Virus record (IMG/VR): IMGVR_UViG_3300027413_000002
Reading direction: 5' to 3' (one strand)
Source: a virus
DNA length: 64,000 nt
Below are positions 1 through 9,367 of the stretch, piece by piece. A model generated the notes under the pieces. It searched no databases. It was not told where the DNA came from and worked only from the letters and a program-made list of their open reading frames with translations. Numbering within the stretch: position 1 is the stretch's first letter; each line of letters opens with the position of its first letter. A program made the translations under genes and the position numbers.

Positions 1-356
1 TTAGTGAGGATACGATCCTGATCAGGTTCCATCTCATCATAATACGCTGTTACAGCTGTATACACAACATCAGCATAACCCTCAACTAATATCTCAGAGA
101 CTCCGCTCTTCACATAGTCGGAAGGATTGTCGGAGTCGATACTTCCCACCACATTAGTGTCGGTATCATACCCTGACCATTTCAGGACTTGGTTTGCATA
201 TTTTACTGCCCCATCGATCTTTGGGACTGTGTAAGGTCTACAGCTTTGACCACGTTTCTTACACTCTTCATATATGATGTGCCAGAGGACGGCACTATCC
301 CAACCACCTGAAACACAAACTGCTATTCGTTTGCCTTCAGGTATATTAGCCTTCAC
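1..356 (-). CDS. PP-loop ATP pyrophosphatase (QueC/TilS-like), 3'-truncated by the window edge; absent from ORF track
   Basis: Manual translation from GTG at 356 (overlaps nrdA stop): MKANIPEGKRIAVCVSGGWDSAVLWHII..., open to position 1; SGGxDS PP-loop after a hydrophobic strand. Confidence 0.75.
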   Translation of the reverse strand, partial: MKANIPEGKRIAVCVSGGWDSAVLWHIIYEECKKRGQSCRPYTVPKIDGAVKYANQVLKWSGYDTDTNVVGSIDSDNPSDYVKSGVSEILVEGYADVVYTAVTAYYDEMEPDQDRILT

Positions 357-2145
357 ATGCGATACATTCTTCATCATTCACCAACGCACTCATATCAAGT
401 TCATTTATCACTTGGCGTTCAATCCGCTTCGAGACTCTATCAGCTTTACCGAGTTTTTCAGATCGGCAGTAGTACAGAGTCTTCAATCCTTGCTTCCATG
501 CCAAGTAATGGATTGCGTGGAGGTATTTAATGTTGACGTCAGGACGGAAGAATAGATTGAGTGATTGTGCTTGGTCAATGAATGATTGACGATCTGCAGC
601 ATGCTCAATCAACCATCTTTGATCGATCTCCATAGAGGTCTTGTATATATACTTTTCATCATCTGTGAGACACTTGAGATGCTGAACAGACCCATCGTTC
701 GCGATTATTGACGACCAAGTTTCATCATAATCCAGCTTTGAATCTTCCTCACATTTTGCTTTAATGAGTTGATCCAGATACTTGTTTTTGTTAAGAAAAG
801 CTCCCGATAGAGTGTCCTGTCGATAGGCATTCGCTCTAAAAGGTTCAATAGAAGGGCTAGTGTTTCCCATAATAATAGAGGAGGAAGCATTAGGAGCGAT
901 AGCCATAACATGGCTAAATCGCTTGCCTGTTCCTTTAGCGTCTGGGGCTTCTCCTCGCGCCTTCCCCAATTGAAGATTTGCTTCATCGAGTTTACTCCTG
1001 ATGAGTCTGAACATACGCATATTCGCACCCTTGGCGATTGCGCTTTCCCACGCAATACCTTTCTTCTGAAGATATGCATGGAATCCCAGAGCACCGATAC
1101 CGATGGAGCGTTCACGTGTAGCACTAAACTTTGCTCGTGCTACAGAGTCAGGAGCATTATCAATAAAGAACTGAAGTACATTGTCGAGCATCTCAGCCAT
1201 ATCTTTCAGGAACATAGGATCTTTCGACCAAGCATCATAATTTTCTAAGTTCACTGAAGACAGACAGCAAACTGCAGTTCTTTCTTCGTTTGTGGGGAGA
1301 ATAATCTCTGAACAGAGGTTAGACTGGTGGATTTTAAGACCGAGTTCTTTTTGGAACTCAGGCATTTTTCGGTTGCTTTGATCAATGAAATGAATGTATG
1401 GTTCACCAGTTTCCATACGCAACTCGAGAATCTTTTGCCATAGTGCCTTTGCTGACACTGTTTCGCGGACTGCACCGCTATGTGGGTCACATAAATTAAA
1501 CCCATCATCTGCATCAGGGTCTTGCATGCATCGCTCAACAACTTCCATAAAGCGATCGCTGATATTGATACCATGGTGCAAATTGAGTGCACGCATATTC
1601 TGGTCGCCAGTCGGCTTCCGCATTTCGAGGAACATCATAATATCTGGATGTGAAATGTCTAAGTAAGCGGCATAACTTCCGCGTCTAGTTTTGCCTTGTC
1701 GATATGCAAGGGAACTTGCATCATAGGTTTTGAGGTGAGGCATAACGCCCACAGACTTCTCATCGGCTGAGCGAATGCCAAACCCAATACCAACACCGCC
1801 ACCAAGCATAGAGAGCCATGCTGTCTCACTGAAGTTCTGAACAAGACCATCAGCCGTGTCCTCAATGTAGTTGAGAAAACAAGAGATAGGCATACCACGC
1901 TTAGAGCGACCATATGAAAGGATAGGAGTTGAGTATGAGAGCCAATGTTTACTGCTGTATTCATATAATCTTTGTGCGTGTTCTGGATTTGACGAGAATG
2001 ATTTACTGACATATGCAAACCTCTCTTGAGGTGTAGTTTCTTCGTCTCGCATATAGCTTTCTTGTAGACGCTGAATACCTAGTTTGTCAAATAAATCGTC
2101 GCGGGATTCATCGATCTGAATCCCCATATATTCTCGTTTTGCCAT
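346..2145 (-). CDS. nrdA: Ribonucleotide reductase class I alpha subunit (no N-terminal ATP cone)
   Basis: SNLCSEI active site, APNASSS, tandem YY (TLYYCRS), C-terminal CIAC redox pair. Confidence 0.95.
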   Translation of the reverse strand: MAKREYMGIQIDESRDDLFDKLGIQRLQESYMRDEETTPQERFAYVSKSFSSNPEHAQRLYEYSSKHWLSYSTPILSYGRSKRGMPISCFLNYIEDTADGLVQNFSETAWLSMLGGGVGIGFGIRSADEKSVGVMPHLKTYDASSLAYRQGKTRRGSYAAYLDISHPDIMMFLEMRKPTGDQNMRALNLHHGINISDRFMEVVERCMQDPDADDGFNLCDPHSGAVRETVSAKALWQKILELRMETGEPYIHFIDQSNRKMPEFQKELGLKIHQSNLCSEIILPTNEERTAVCCLSSVNLENYDAWSKDPMFLKDMAEMLDNVLQFFIDNAPDSVARAKFSATRERSIGIGALGFHAYLQKKGIAWESAIAKGANMRMFRLIRSKLDEANLQLGKARGEAPDAKGTGKRFSHVMAIAPNASSSIIMGNTSPSIEPFRANAYRQDTLSGAFLNKNKYLDQLIKAKCEEDSKLDYDETWSSIIANDGSVQHLKCLTDDEKYIYKTSMEIDQRWLIEHAADRQSFIDQAQSLNLFFRPDVNIKYLHAIHYLAWKQGLKTLYYCRSEKLGKADRVSKRIERQVINELDMSALVNDEECIACEG

Positions 2146-2170
2146 TTATAACTCCTGAAGGTAAATCTAT

Positions 2171-3025
2171 TTAGTCAATCTTAAAGTTTGATTTTTTTAA
2201 CCGATCGTAGACTTCTTTGTGTGTCATTCGATAGGTCGTGAATCGAGCCATAACTCGATGTGTGTCTGTTTTATTGAATACCACGTGTGGTTTGTCTACA
2301 TTTAATACACCGATGCGGTAGTGCAAAGAATCATAGTCGCCAGAATCATTAAGAAATGTGACGGGTGTTGCTTTCGCATTATTCTCATCCAATACAATGT
2401 TAATTGAAGCGCGTGGTGCTTCGTCCATCCATTTATCATAAAAATCGTCACTGATCAGCCGTTCAAAGTGATCCTCGTCTTCGAGGAGATCCCACTTCAC
2501 ACACCAACGATATAGATTATCAACGATATTCTTGCTGATGTCGTTTGGATCAGATGCATCACGATTTATCATCATCTGGAGATCCATCCAAGACTCACCC
2601 ATATTGGTGGAGTTTTGTCTGCCTTTCTCCAAAAATTTATTCCACTCAGTCATGTCGTTTCTATCCTTGAAGAATATAGACGCCATGATGTCAGTGTGTA
2701 ATGCAAACGATGAATTTGGATTCTGTATCGTATACGAACTACCCATTTCCATCGGGACTTGTAACAAGTCCTGCAATTGTTCTTTGTGCTTTTTCAGCAC
2801 TGGCAACCATTCGCCCTTTTTCATATCATATGGCGAAACAGCTGAATAAGAGTTTACATCATCCACATTCGAGTTTTCGTGTGTGGGTAATGCAGCACCC
2901 ATAGACAAGGCATTTTCTTTGGCGGTTTGCTTTACATCTATATCTTCCAGATATTCAGCAACCTCAGACCGTAGACCGTCATAATCGACATCCCAATCTA
3001 TCTCAAAGACCTTATCTTGACTCAC
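2171..3025 (-). CDS. Putative 2OG-Fe(II) oxygenase-like protein with internal insertion
   Basis: HxD (LHTD), SINIVL strand, distal His (NVDKPHVV) and Arg (THRVM). Confidence 0.5.
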   Translation of the reverse strand: MSQDKVFEIDWDVDYDGLRSEVAEYLEDIDVKQTAKENALSMGAALPTHENSNVDDVNSYSAVSPYDMKKGEWLPVLKKHKEQLQDLLQVPMEMGSSYTIQNPNSSFALHTDIMASIFFKDRNDMTEWNKFLEKGRQNSTNMGESWMDLQMMINRDASDPNDISKNIVDNLYRWCVKWDLLEDEDHFERLISDDFYDKWMDEAPRASINIVLDENNAKATPVTFLNDSGDYDSLHYRIGVLNVDKPHVVFNKTDTHRVMARFTTYRMTHKEVYDRLKKSNFKID

Positions 3026-3687
3026 TCCTCGAGAGCCTTAACAATGTCTGGGAAGTGCTGTCCGATAATTTGCCAGCACTGATCAGCTACAATCATATGT
3101 TCTTTCTGCGTACCATTAGCACGTCGCAGGTCGCAGTAGTGAATCCATGAGCGTAATGAGCCAGCCATATATAACGTAGACATCGTGTTACCTTCTGGGA
3201 GGACAGCACGTGCTTGTTCTTTTGCAATGCCGCGCTCCAGTGCCCAATCGTATGCTTCTTTTGCTGCATGAATTACTCTTGTTTGTTGCATATTCCAAGA
3301 CTCTTGTAACATTCTATCTTCGGTCTCAACCGAGTTCTGTCTGTTTTTAGGATCTTGGAGTCTAGCTTCACGTGTTTCCCATTCAGTCGCCTCAGCATAT
3401 CGCTGACTAAACTCTTGGAAAGAAAAGGATCGGTGTCGTAGGATCTGACGAGCGATATCTCGTGTCGTCTTAATTTCCATCGTCATATGAACCATCTCAA
3501 ACGGTGACCAGTGATCCTCGCGCATCAAATAACTCAATAACTTTGGGGCAGTCTTTTTATTGCTTTGATTTCCTGGATTGCTTACACGCGCAGTATACGC
3601 CACCAATTCACTTGCTGTGCTGCAATCAGTTGTCGCTGACGGTTTACTCAGCGCGACTAAACTCACTTGACTCATATTTTTCTCCAT
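3022..3687 (-). CDS. thyX: FAD-dependent thymidylate synthase
   Basis: HWSPFE, RHRSFSFQEFSQRY ThyX signature, EQARAVLP. Confidence 0.96.
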   Translation of the reverse strand: MEKNMSQVSLVALSKPSATTDCSTASELVAYTARVSNPGNQSNKKTAPKLLSYLMREDHWSPFEMVHMTMEIKTTRDIARQILRHRSFSFQEFSQRYAEATEWETREARLQDPKNRQNSVETEDRMLQESWNMQQTRVIHAAKEAYDWALERGIAKEQARAVLPEGNTMSTLYMAGSLRSWIHYCDLRRANGTQKEHMIVADQCWQIIGQHFPDIVKALEE

Positions 3688-4688
3688 AACGAATATTTTG
3701 CTTTAGCGGAAAGACCACTAAAAGTGTTCTCTTGTATTAATTTATAAGAATCAATACCCTCGTTCTCCATCTCATTGATGTCTTTACCGCTGACATTATT
3801 TGGCCAGATAACCACATTATAACCCAGATTTATGTACTTGTCAAGCAAATTACACACCTCTTTATTTCGTGGTTGGTTGTCGAACACGATGGTAGTCTGC
3901 TCCTTAATCAACCCCAACTCATCAATCTTGTTGAAAGAAGTGCCAGCACAAGCGATGCTGTTGGGGATGAATAGACTGTCAAGTGGTGCTTCAACGACGA
4001 TAACTGGCTTGTTCTTATCGACCGTATCCATACCGTAGACAGTTGGAGCATCCTCGTTCACCTTCACGAGAATGTACCGTAGAGCCTCTCCGCGCATGCC
4101 TCGCAGCGATACAGCAGTCAACCTACCACTAGCATCCATAAATGGTATGGCTAGTCTTGGCTCAGTGGTTTTTATAGATTCTTTGTATTTCTCATTGAGA
4201 CCAACCACGTTTTGGACATTGTCCACATAATATAGTCTGCTCAGAGATTCTTTTGGTAGTCCTCGACCAAGAGCATATTCAACTGCCTCATGGTCTCGGG
4301 GGAGGATAGACAACTTATCCATCAGCTGATCAATAAGCGTCTTCTTCTTGAAGACTGGTTTGAAGTCCATCACCTTCTGAGGTTTAGAATGACCCTTACC
4401 TCTGCCAGTCTCGCCATCAGCAAACCGTTCAAGGACATACTGCTTGTAGAGAATGGTGTCGATCTCTTTCAGTAACTTACCGAACGAGCCAGACCACTGG
4501 CAGTTATGGCATTTATAGAGGAGGTCATTATTCTTCTTGAAGAGATATCCACGCATCTTGCGCTTGTTCTTCTGAGAATCGCCACAGATTGGGCAACGGA
4601 CATTGAATAGATACTCTCCCTTTCGCTTGAATAGTTCGAAGCGAGAGGAAGCCATATTCAGGTATTTAACATCTACATATAAGGACAT
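3672..4688 (-). CDS. gp61: DNA primase (T4 gp61)
   Basis: CPICGDS...CHNC zinc finger; TOPRIM VEAPLDSLF, FDN, KDIN. Confidence 0.95.
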   Translation of the reverse strand: MSLYVDVKYLNMASSRFELFKRKGEYLFNVRCPICGDSQKNKRKMRGYLFKKNNDLLYKCHNCQWSGSFGKLLKEIDTILYKQYVLERFADGETGRGKGHSKPQKVMDFKPVFKKKTLIDQLMDKLSILPRDHEAVEYALGRGLPKESLSRLYYVDNVQNVVGLNEKYKESIKTTEPRLAIPFMDASGRLTAVSLRGMRGEALRYILVKVNEDAPTVYGMDTVDKNKPVIVVEAPLDSLFIPNSIACAGTSFNKIDELGLIKEQTTIVFDNQPRNKEVCNLLDKYINLGYNVVIWPNNVSGKDINEMENEGIDSYKLIQENTFSGLSAKAKYSLWRKI

Positions 4689-4695
4689 AATGGAT

Positions 4696-4724
4696 ATTAT
4701 GCCCCATTTCTATCTAAAAGACAA
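4696..4724 (-). promoter_or_regulatory. Sigma70-like early promoter (primase)
   Basis: TTGTCT-17 nt-CATAAT, 7 nt before the primase ATG. Confidence 0.6.
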
Positions 4725-4732
4725 GGATTATT

Positions 4733-5221
4733 TTAAGAAAAGATTTCAGAGATCCAGTCGAATGCACCAGCGATGAAGCCACCCAGAGCAGCAACACCCA
4801 TCATAAAGTACCCTCTTTTCTCGATGTCGTTGATACGTTGTTCGAGTTCCTGTTGATCAGAACGGATACTTTCTTCGCGGGAATCTATTGAAGTCTTGAG
4901 TTCGTCTATCGCTTCCATAATACGGGCAGCAGTATTATGCATATCTTTAGCCATCTCTTTATTCCCTGTTGTGATTCGAGAGTGCAGTTCTTTCAGATTT
5001 TCATCATTCTCAGAGCGTCTTTTCTCGACCAACTTTGTGAGATCCTCAGTATCTTGAGTTTGGCTTTTTATTTCTGTTTCATGGACAGCCAGCATCTGCT
5101 GGATGGCAATAGAGATTGTGGTCATCTTGTCGATAGATTCGTCCAATTTTCCGAACAGATCTTTCATTTGACCAACTTCCGTGGATAATACGGCTAATTT
5201 AGTTTCGACTGCTTGGGGCAC
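4733..5221 (-). CDS. Coiled-coil protein with C-terminal transmembrane helix
   Basis: Heptad-rich body; hydrophobic tail YFMMGVAALGGFIAGAF. Confidence 0.6.
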   Translation of the reverse strand: MPQAVETKLAVLSTEVGQMKDLFGKLDESIDKMTTISIAIQQMLAVHETEIKSQTQDTEDLTKLVEKRRSENDENLKELHSRITTGNKEMAKDMHNTAARIMEAIDELKTSIDSREESIRSDQQELEQRINDIEKRGYFMMGVAALGGFIAGAFDWISEIFS

Positions 5222-5732
5222 GCTTCTTTTTCCTTCTTACGAGGGGCATGAAACGTGGATTTCTTCCAGGCTCACCCTTTGGTCCAACTCCAATTCCGTC
5301 AATAGCACCACCGCCTGCACTATTTGCAGCGAGGTCTTCGGTCATGAAATTATTAAATGATAGAAGATTAGAACTTTCTAATAGTTCCGCTTGTTTAATT
5401 ACTTCTTCATCTTCCATAAAGACTTCTAATAAAGCATCAACATTATCTTCATCATCTTCGGTATACTCTTCTTTAAGTATAGCCATTGCAGCTGCAAAAG
5501 TCAACAACCTTTTTGCATTGCGGTCGGGTGATTTCATTAGGGATTTTTGTACTTTGAATACAAATCGTTGAAGGAGGGAATATGCGTCCATTTCCTGAGA
5601 TGAAACTGGGTCTTTCACCTTGGTTCCATCGCGGTCAATGATGCCCATTTTGAACGCATCACTGCGCTCTATCGGGGTAGCCAACAAGCGTAGAAGCCTA
5701 TAAGCAACAACTGTATCTACGAATCTTGACAT
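5199..5732 (-). CDS. Conserved T4-like hypothetical protein
   Basis: Coupled to neighbours; AFKMGIIDRDG motif recalled from T4-like phages; internal SFNNFMTE. Confidence 0.6.
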   Translation of the reverse strand: MSRFVDTVVAYRLLRLLATPIERSDAFKMGIIDRDGTKVKDPVSSQEMDAYSLLQRFVFKVQKSLMKSPDRNAKRLLTFAAAMAILKEEYTEDDEDNVDALLEVFMEDEEVIKQAELLESSNLLSFNNFMTEDLAANSAGGGAIDGIGVGPKGEPGRNPRFMPLVRRKKKRAPSSRN

Positions 5733-6100
5733 TATAGCTTCCTAAGTTCATCCAATATATTGGCGTCTAGTGGTATATCAGAATACTCATTAGACCCAAT
5801 AATTTCTAGTGGTACTCTATTTAGGTACACCAGAAAAGACTTTAATATAGCAAAGTGTTCTGGGTCTGTTTTGTAGAATAGCAACTCAGTTGCATTAGAC
5901 CCGAAAACATTATACAATACAATCAAATGATTGATGATCAGACGTTCGCTGAGAATACCATTCTTCTCATAGCGACGAAAAAGACGTTTAAGATATTTGA
6001 ATCTTTTTAGATCTTCTTCTAAATCTTCCATGCCCTCGCATTGAGGGTTATTATATTTTTTTATAGCGTAGATCAAAAAATTTGATTCATTCAATTGCAT
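5732..6100 (-). CDS. Conserved T4-like hypothetical protein
   Basis: YNNPQC...EDLKRFKYLKRL...NHLIVLYNVFG recalled from marine T4-like phages. Confidence 0.65.
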   Translation of the reverse strand: MQLNESNFLIYAIKKYNNPQCEGMEDLEEDLKRFKYLKRLFRRYEKNGILSERLIINHLIVLYNVFGSNATELLFYKTDPEHFAILKSFLVYLNRVPLEIIGSNEYSDIPLDANILDELRKL

Positions 6101-6116
6101 AATATATTTTTTTCTT

Positions 6117-6563
6117 TTAGTTGGTAACTGCGGCAGTGCCTCCTACGACCCACCACTTAGACCCAATATATATTAGAGTCGCAGTGTCACCTTTTTCGTT
6201 GAAAACAACCGTGTCATGACCGAGATCCGAATCATCTAATGTCAACACATTACCTGTTGTATTAGATATCATCGCAATAATCTTGATTTGACCAGTCGTT
6301 CCTGCTGCAATAGTCAATGTTCCAGTCGCTCCTGGATCGCTGAGAGTTGTCACAGTCTTTGCGACCGAAACAACCCCAGCACCAGTAAGAGATTCAGAAT
6401 CATCGATAGCAACTGTTGAACCAAGTTTGACTGGAGTGTCAACATCGGCAAACAGATTTGCTATCGTGACCTTCTGACTAGCACCGCCCTTGACCAGATA
6501 CAGAGTATCGGCAGAGGCGGCAGTAGTTGCGGCAGTTAATTCACTTAACTTTTGATCAGCCAT
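6117..6563 (-). CDS. Putative virion structural or fibre protein
   Basis: MADQKLSELTAAT fibre-type N-terminus, Thr/Ala/Gly beta-rich, late promoter at 6587-6594 and SD. Confidence 0.55.
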   Translation of the reverse strand: MADQKLSELTAATTAASADTLYLVKGGASQKVTIANLFADVDTPVKLGSTVAIDDSESLTGAGVVSVAKTVTTLSDPGATGTLTIAAGTTGQIKIIAMISNTTGNVLTLDDSDLGHDTVVFNEKGDTATLIYIGSKWWVVGGTAAVTN

Positions 6564-6586
6564 TTAAATACTCCTATTGTTCAAAG

Positions 6587-6594
6587 TATTTATA
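6587..6594 (-). promoter_or_regulatory. T4 gp55 late promoter TATAAATA
   Basis: Exact consensus; further exact copies at 7407, 9365, 14518, 17068, 19511, 21044, 27934, 39874, 48431, 48766, 50488, 51719, 55622, 58469, 63296 (left coordinates), all just upstream of genes. Confidence 0.85.
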
Positions 6595-7374
6595 TTAGCT
6601 TGTAGTCAGTGTGGCAGCGTCAGATGTTACATCATCTGCGCCTGTTTTACTAACTACACAACGATACTTATTAGTTGTAAGACCAGTGTTGTCTGAAATA
6701 TTCAAGGTAGCTGTTGTTGCTGTAGAGTATACACCGCCATTTGAGATGTTACCAAACGACCCTGTACCGCCTGTCTGCAACTGCCACTGGAAGGTAATCG
6801 TGCCACCAGTTCCAGTAGATGCAGCCACTACAGTGAATGTCTCTGCTTGTCCAGCAGCTTTAGTGCTGTCAGCAGGCTGAGTAGTGATAGACAGTAAGAA
6901 GTCTTCAAACTCTGTATCTTCAGCATCACCAGTAATGCCGTTTTTCGACAATGCTACAAGTGTTTCCGAAATCTTGCGAGTACCATTTGTGCGAACGTGA
7001 ACCCAACCAGCATGACCTGCGCCAACAGCTTTGTTAGCTGCCATTTCGTTTTCGTCAACACCGAATACTGTTTCAGAAGTGAAACCAGTAACCGAGTTTG
7101 CAGCAATCATTCCTGATGGCTTTTCACTCAATGTGTAGTTTTCACCAGCACCAATAGCAGCGATTGCCGCTCCTGCTGTATCAGCATTTACCACAGTACA
7201 CGCGGTATTTGAAGCAATTGCTGTGATTCTAAAATCAATGCTGTTTGCTGTAAGAATATCTCCTACTGCTGCAGCTGTTGTAAAGGCGGTGCTATTTCCT
7301 GTAACTGCACCAGTAGTTGCCAACGCAATACTGCCTGCGCTTGTTTTATCGTCTGCTTTTCCCCAACCTGACAT
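6595..7374 (-). CDS. Virion structural protein with C-terminal Ig-like domain
   Basis: ITTQP...FTVVA...FQWQ...ATLNIS...YRCVVS...TSDAATLT Ig pattern; late promoter at 7407-7414. Confidence 0.7.
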   Translation of the reverse strand: MSGWGKADDKTSAGSIALATTGAVTGNSTAFTTAAAVGDILTANSIDFRITAIASNTACTVVNADTAGAAIAAIGAGENYTLSEKPSGMIAANSVTGFTSETVFGVDENEMAANKAVGAGHAGWVHVRTNGTRKISETLVALSKNGITGDAEDTEFEDFLLSITTQPADSTKAAGQAETFTVVAASTGTGGTITFQWQLQTGGTGSFGNISNGGVYSTATTATLNISDNTGLTTNKYRCVVSKTGADDVTSDAATLTTS

Positions 7375-7401
7375 TTTGTCTCTCCTATAATTGGATATTG
7401 T

Positions 7402-9327
7402 TTAACTATTTATATGTTTTTGGAATGAATCGTGTGAATCGTGAGCACTGTGCATCTTTTCTTTATCAGCAGGTCTAGCTGCAGCAGTATACTTTGACAA
7501 GTATTTATGCGCGTCTGCTTTACTGATATTATGCGAACTGCCGTCTTTAAATTTGACTGGCTTGTTAATGGTAACAGCTTTACGGAGTTGCATAACGATA
7601 TGACCGCCATGGCTTTCGTCTCCAGCTTTCTTACCTTTGTGCTCACCATCATCTTTAGTATCTTTTTTGGTGGTAGCCAAACCCTTAGAGTCTGAACGTG
7701 CATGGCGTCTTGCGTCTGCAGCTGCATCTTCTTTTACTGCAGCTTTGTAACCAGCATCAGTTTCTCTTTCTTGTCTGGCTTTCATTCTAGACAAACGCAT
7801 CAGTTTGCGTTGTGTCTTTGAGCGCATCTCCTCGGAGTCACCTGCCATATCTTCACTGACAGAATGCACTTTATAGTTGCCACCAACCTTATCCATCTTA
7901 TTACCCTTCATAGCGCGTTCCTTGGCTTTATCAGCCGTCATCGCTTTTGAAGAGTTTACGTGATTGCCCTTGCTGTCGGTATACTTCACGACATGGGTTG
8001 CGTCTTCGGAATAAGACGCTTGAATTGTTGATTTCCCGCCCATTCGTTTGCCTTGGGTAGCACTTGTATTGTGCGGGAACTTATCGGCTGGCTTCTTCTT
8101 GAATGTTTCCAGACCCGAGCCTTTGACTTTCTTAGCACCAAGACGTTCTTTCTCAGACGCTTGTGTAGCCATTCTGCTCATTGCGCCTTCTTCAACTTCT
8201 TTGTTCTCTCGGAAATCAGGGTAAGTTTTCATGCCCAGCTTTTTGCGCTTATCTTCTCTAGCTTTCTTTTCAGCTGGTGTCATCTCAGATGGTCGCTTTG
8301 CCAATGGTGCTGTAGACTTCATTAAAGATGCACGGGCTGCTGGATTGCTCATGTTGCTTTTACCAGCATCAGGACCAAATCCTCTTAACTTGATAGCTTC
8401 GTCAACTGATTCGTCTTTGGCTTTATGTGCGCCATCAACCTTATTGAAGAATGCTTTCTTTTCTTCGTCAGACATATCTTTGAGAGACTTACCAGCTTTC
8501 TTCAGCATTGCGTCAAACTTGGCTTTATATCCATCTTTGGCAGATGCAGCCATGTAGCCATATTCGTCAAGCGATTCTTCAGAGACATTCGCGCCTCGAC
8601 CGTGCTTCACAAGATACTTACCAGATGCGTCTTTGTGGACAACACCGTTATTTTTCTTGGCATGAGATGCTGCAGTTGATTGGTCAAAGGTTCCAGCGTT
8701 ATGATAGTCGCGACCTTTCTCACCTTTAGCACCGATATAGCCTTCTTCAACTTCTTCCTGACCATATTGTGCTTTTAATTTTTCGTGCTCAGCTTTTCTG
8801 TCTTTGGCTCGCTGATCAAGGTCAACACCTTTCTTCTTCAGATTCGCTTTTAATTTATCTGCAGCAGAACCCTCTTCAATTTCTTCTTCGTTCATTGAAG
8901 GTTTGGCAGCTTGGTAGGTTTTGGTTTGTTTTCTTTCGTTATGCTCGTCTTTGATTTGCTTCATGCTATAGCTTCCGTGTGGGACGCCTTTAGTCGCATG
9001 AAACTTCAACCTAGAATCAGACATCTTTGAAATTTCTTCAACTACAACTTCTTCAGTCTGATAGCGATTCTTTTGAGTGTGTTGTTTTGCCTTTTGGAAT
9101 ACTTGACTGTCACCTGTTACAATATACATCATAGACTTCATGACTGTATTGACAGCATCGCGCTCTTGTGGATTCAACGCCTTACCAGAACTCATCTTAT
9201 CCAAGCCACGGTGTAGCATCGGGAGTTGAGCAGCGGGAAGCATTCCTTGTCGTACAAGCTGATCCAGCTTCTTGTAGTCTGCAGCTTCAGCGATAAACTT
9301 AGCGCGGATTTCTTTCTCAAGTGACAT
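7402..9327 (-). CDS. Putative head-internal polyprotein (Lys/Glu-rich modules)
   Basis: Late promoter at 9365 plus SD; basic modules separated by FIAE, IEE, VEE, VSE, LDE, VDE, VKE resembling gp21 cleavage sites. Confidence 0.55.
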   Translation of the reverse strand: MSLEKEIRAKFIAEAADYKKLDQLVRQGMLPAAQLPMLHRGLDKMSSGKALNPQERDAVNTVMKSMMYIVTGDSQVFQKAKQHTQKNRYQTEEVVVEEISKMSDSRLKFHATKGVPHGSYSMKQIKDEHNERKQTKTYQAAKPSMNEEEIEEGSAADKLKANLKKKGVDLDQRAKDRKAEHEKLKAQYGQEEVEEGYIGAKGEKGRDYHNAGTFDQSTAASHAKKNNGVVHKDASGKYLVKHGRGANVSEESLDEYGYMAASAKDGYKAKFDAMLKKAGKSLKDMSDEEKKAFFNKVDGAHKAKDESVDEAIKLRGFGPDAGKSNMSNPAARASLMKSTAPLAKRPSEMTPAEKKAREDKRKKLGMKTYPDFRENKEVEEGAMSRMATQASEKERLGAKKVKGSGLETFKKKPADKFPHNTSATQGKRMGGKSTIQASYSEDATHVVKYTDSKGNHVNSSKAMTADKAKERAMKGNKMDKVGGNYKVHSVSEDMAGDSEEMRSKTQRKLMRLSRMKARQERETDAGYKAAVKEDAAADARRHARSDSKGLATTKKDTKDDGEHKGKKAGDESHGGHIVMQLRKAVTINKPVKFKDGSSHNISKADAHKYLSKYTAAARPADKEKMHSAHDSHDSFQKHINS

Positions 9328-9367
9328 TATCGTAATCTCCTAGGATTATTCTTTATGATTATAGTAT

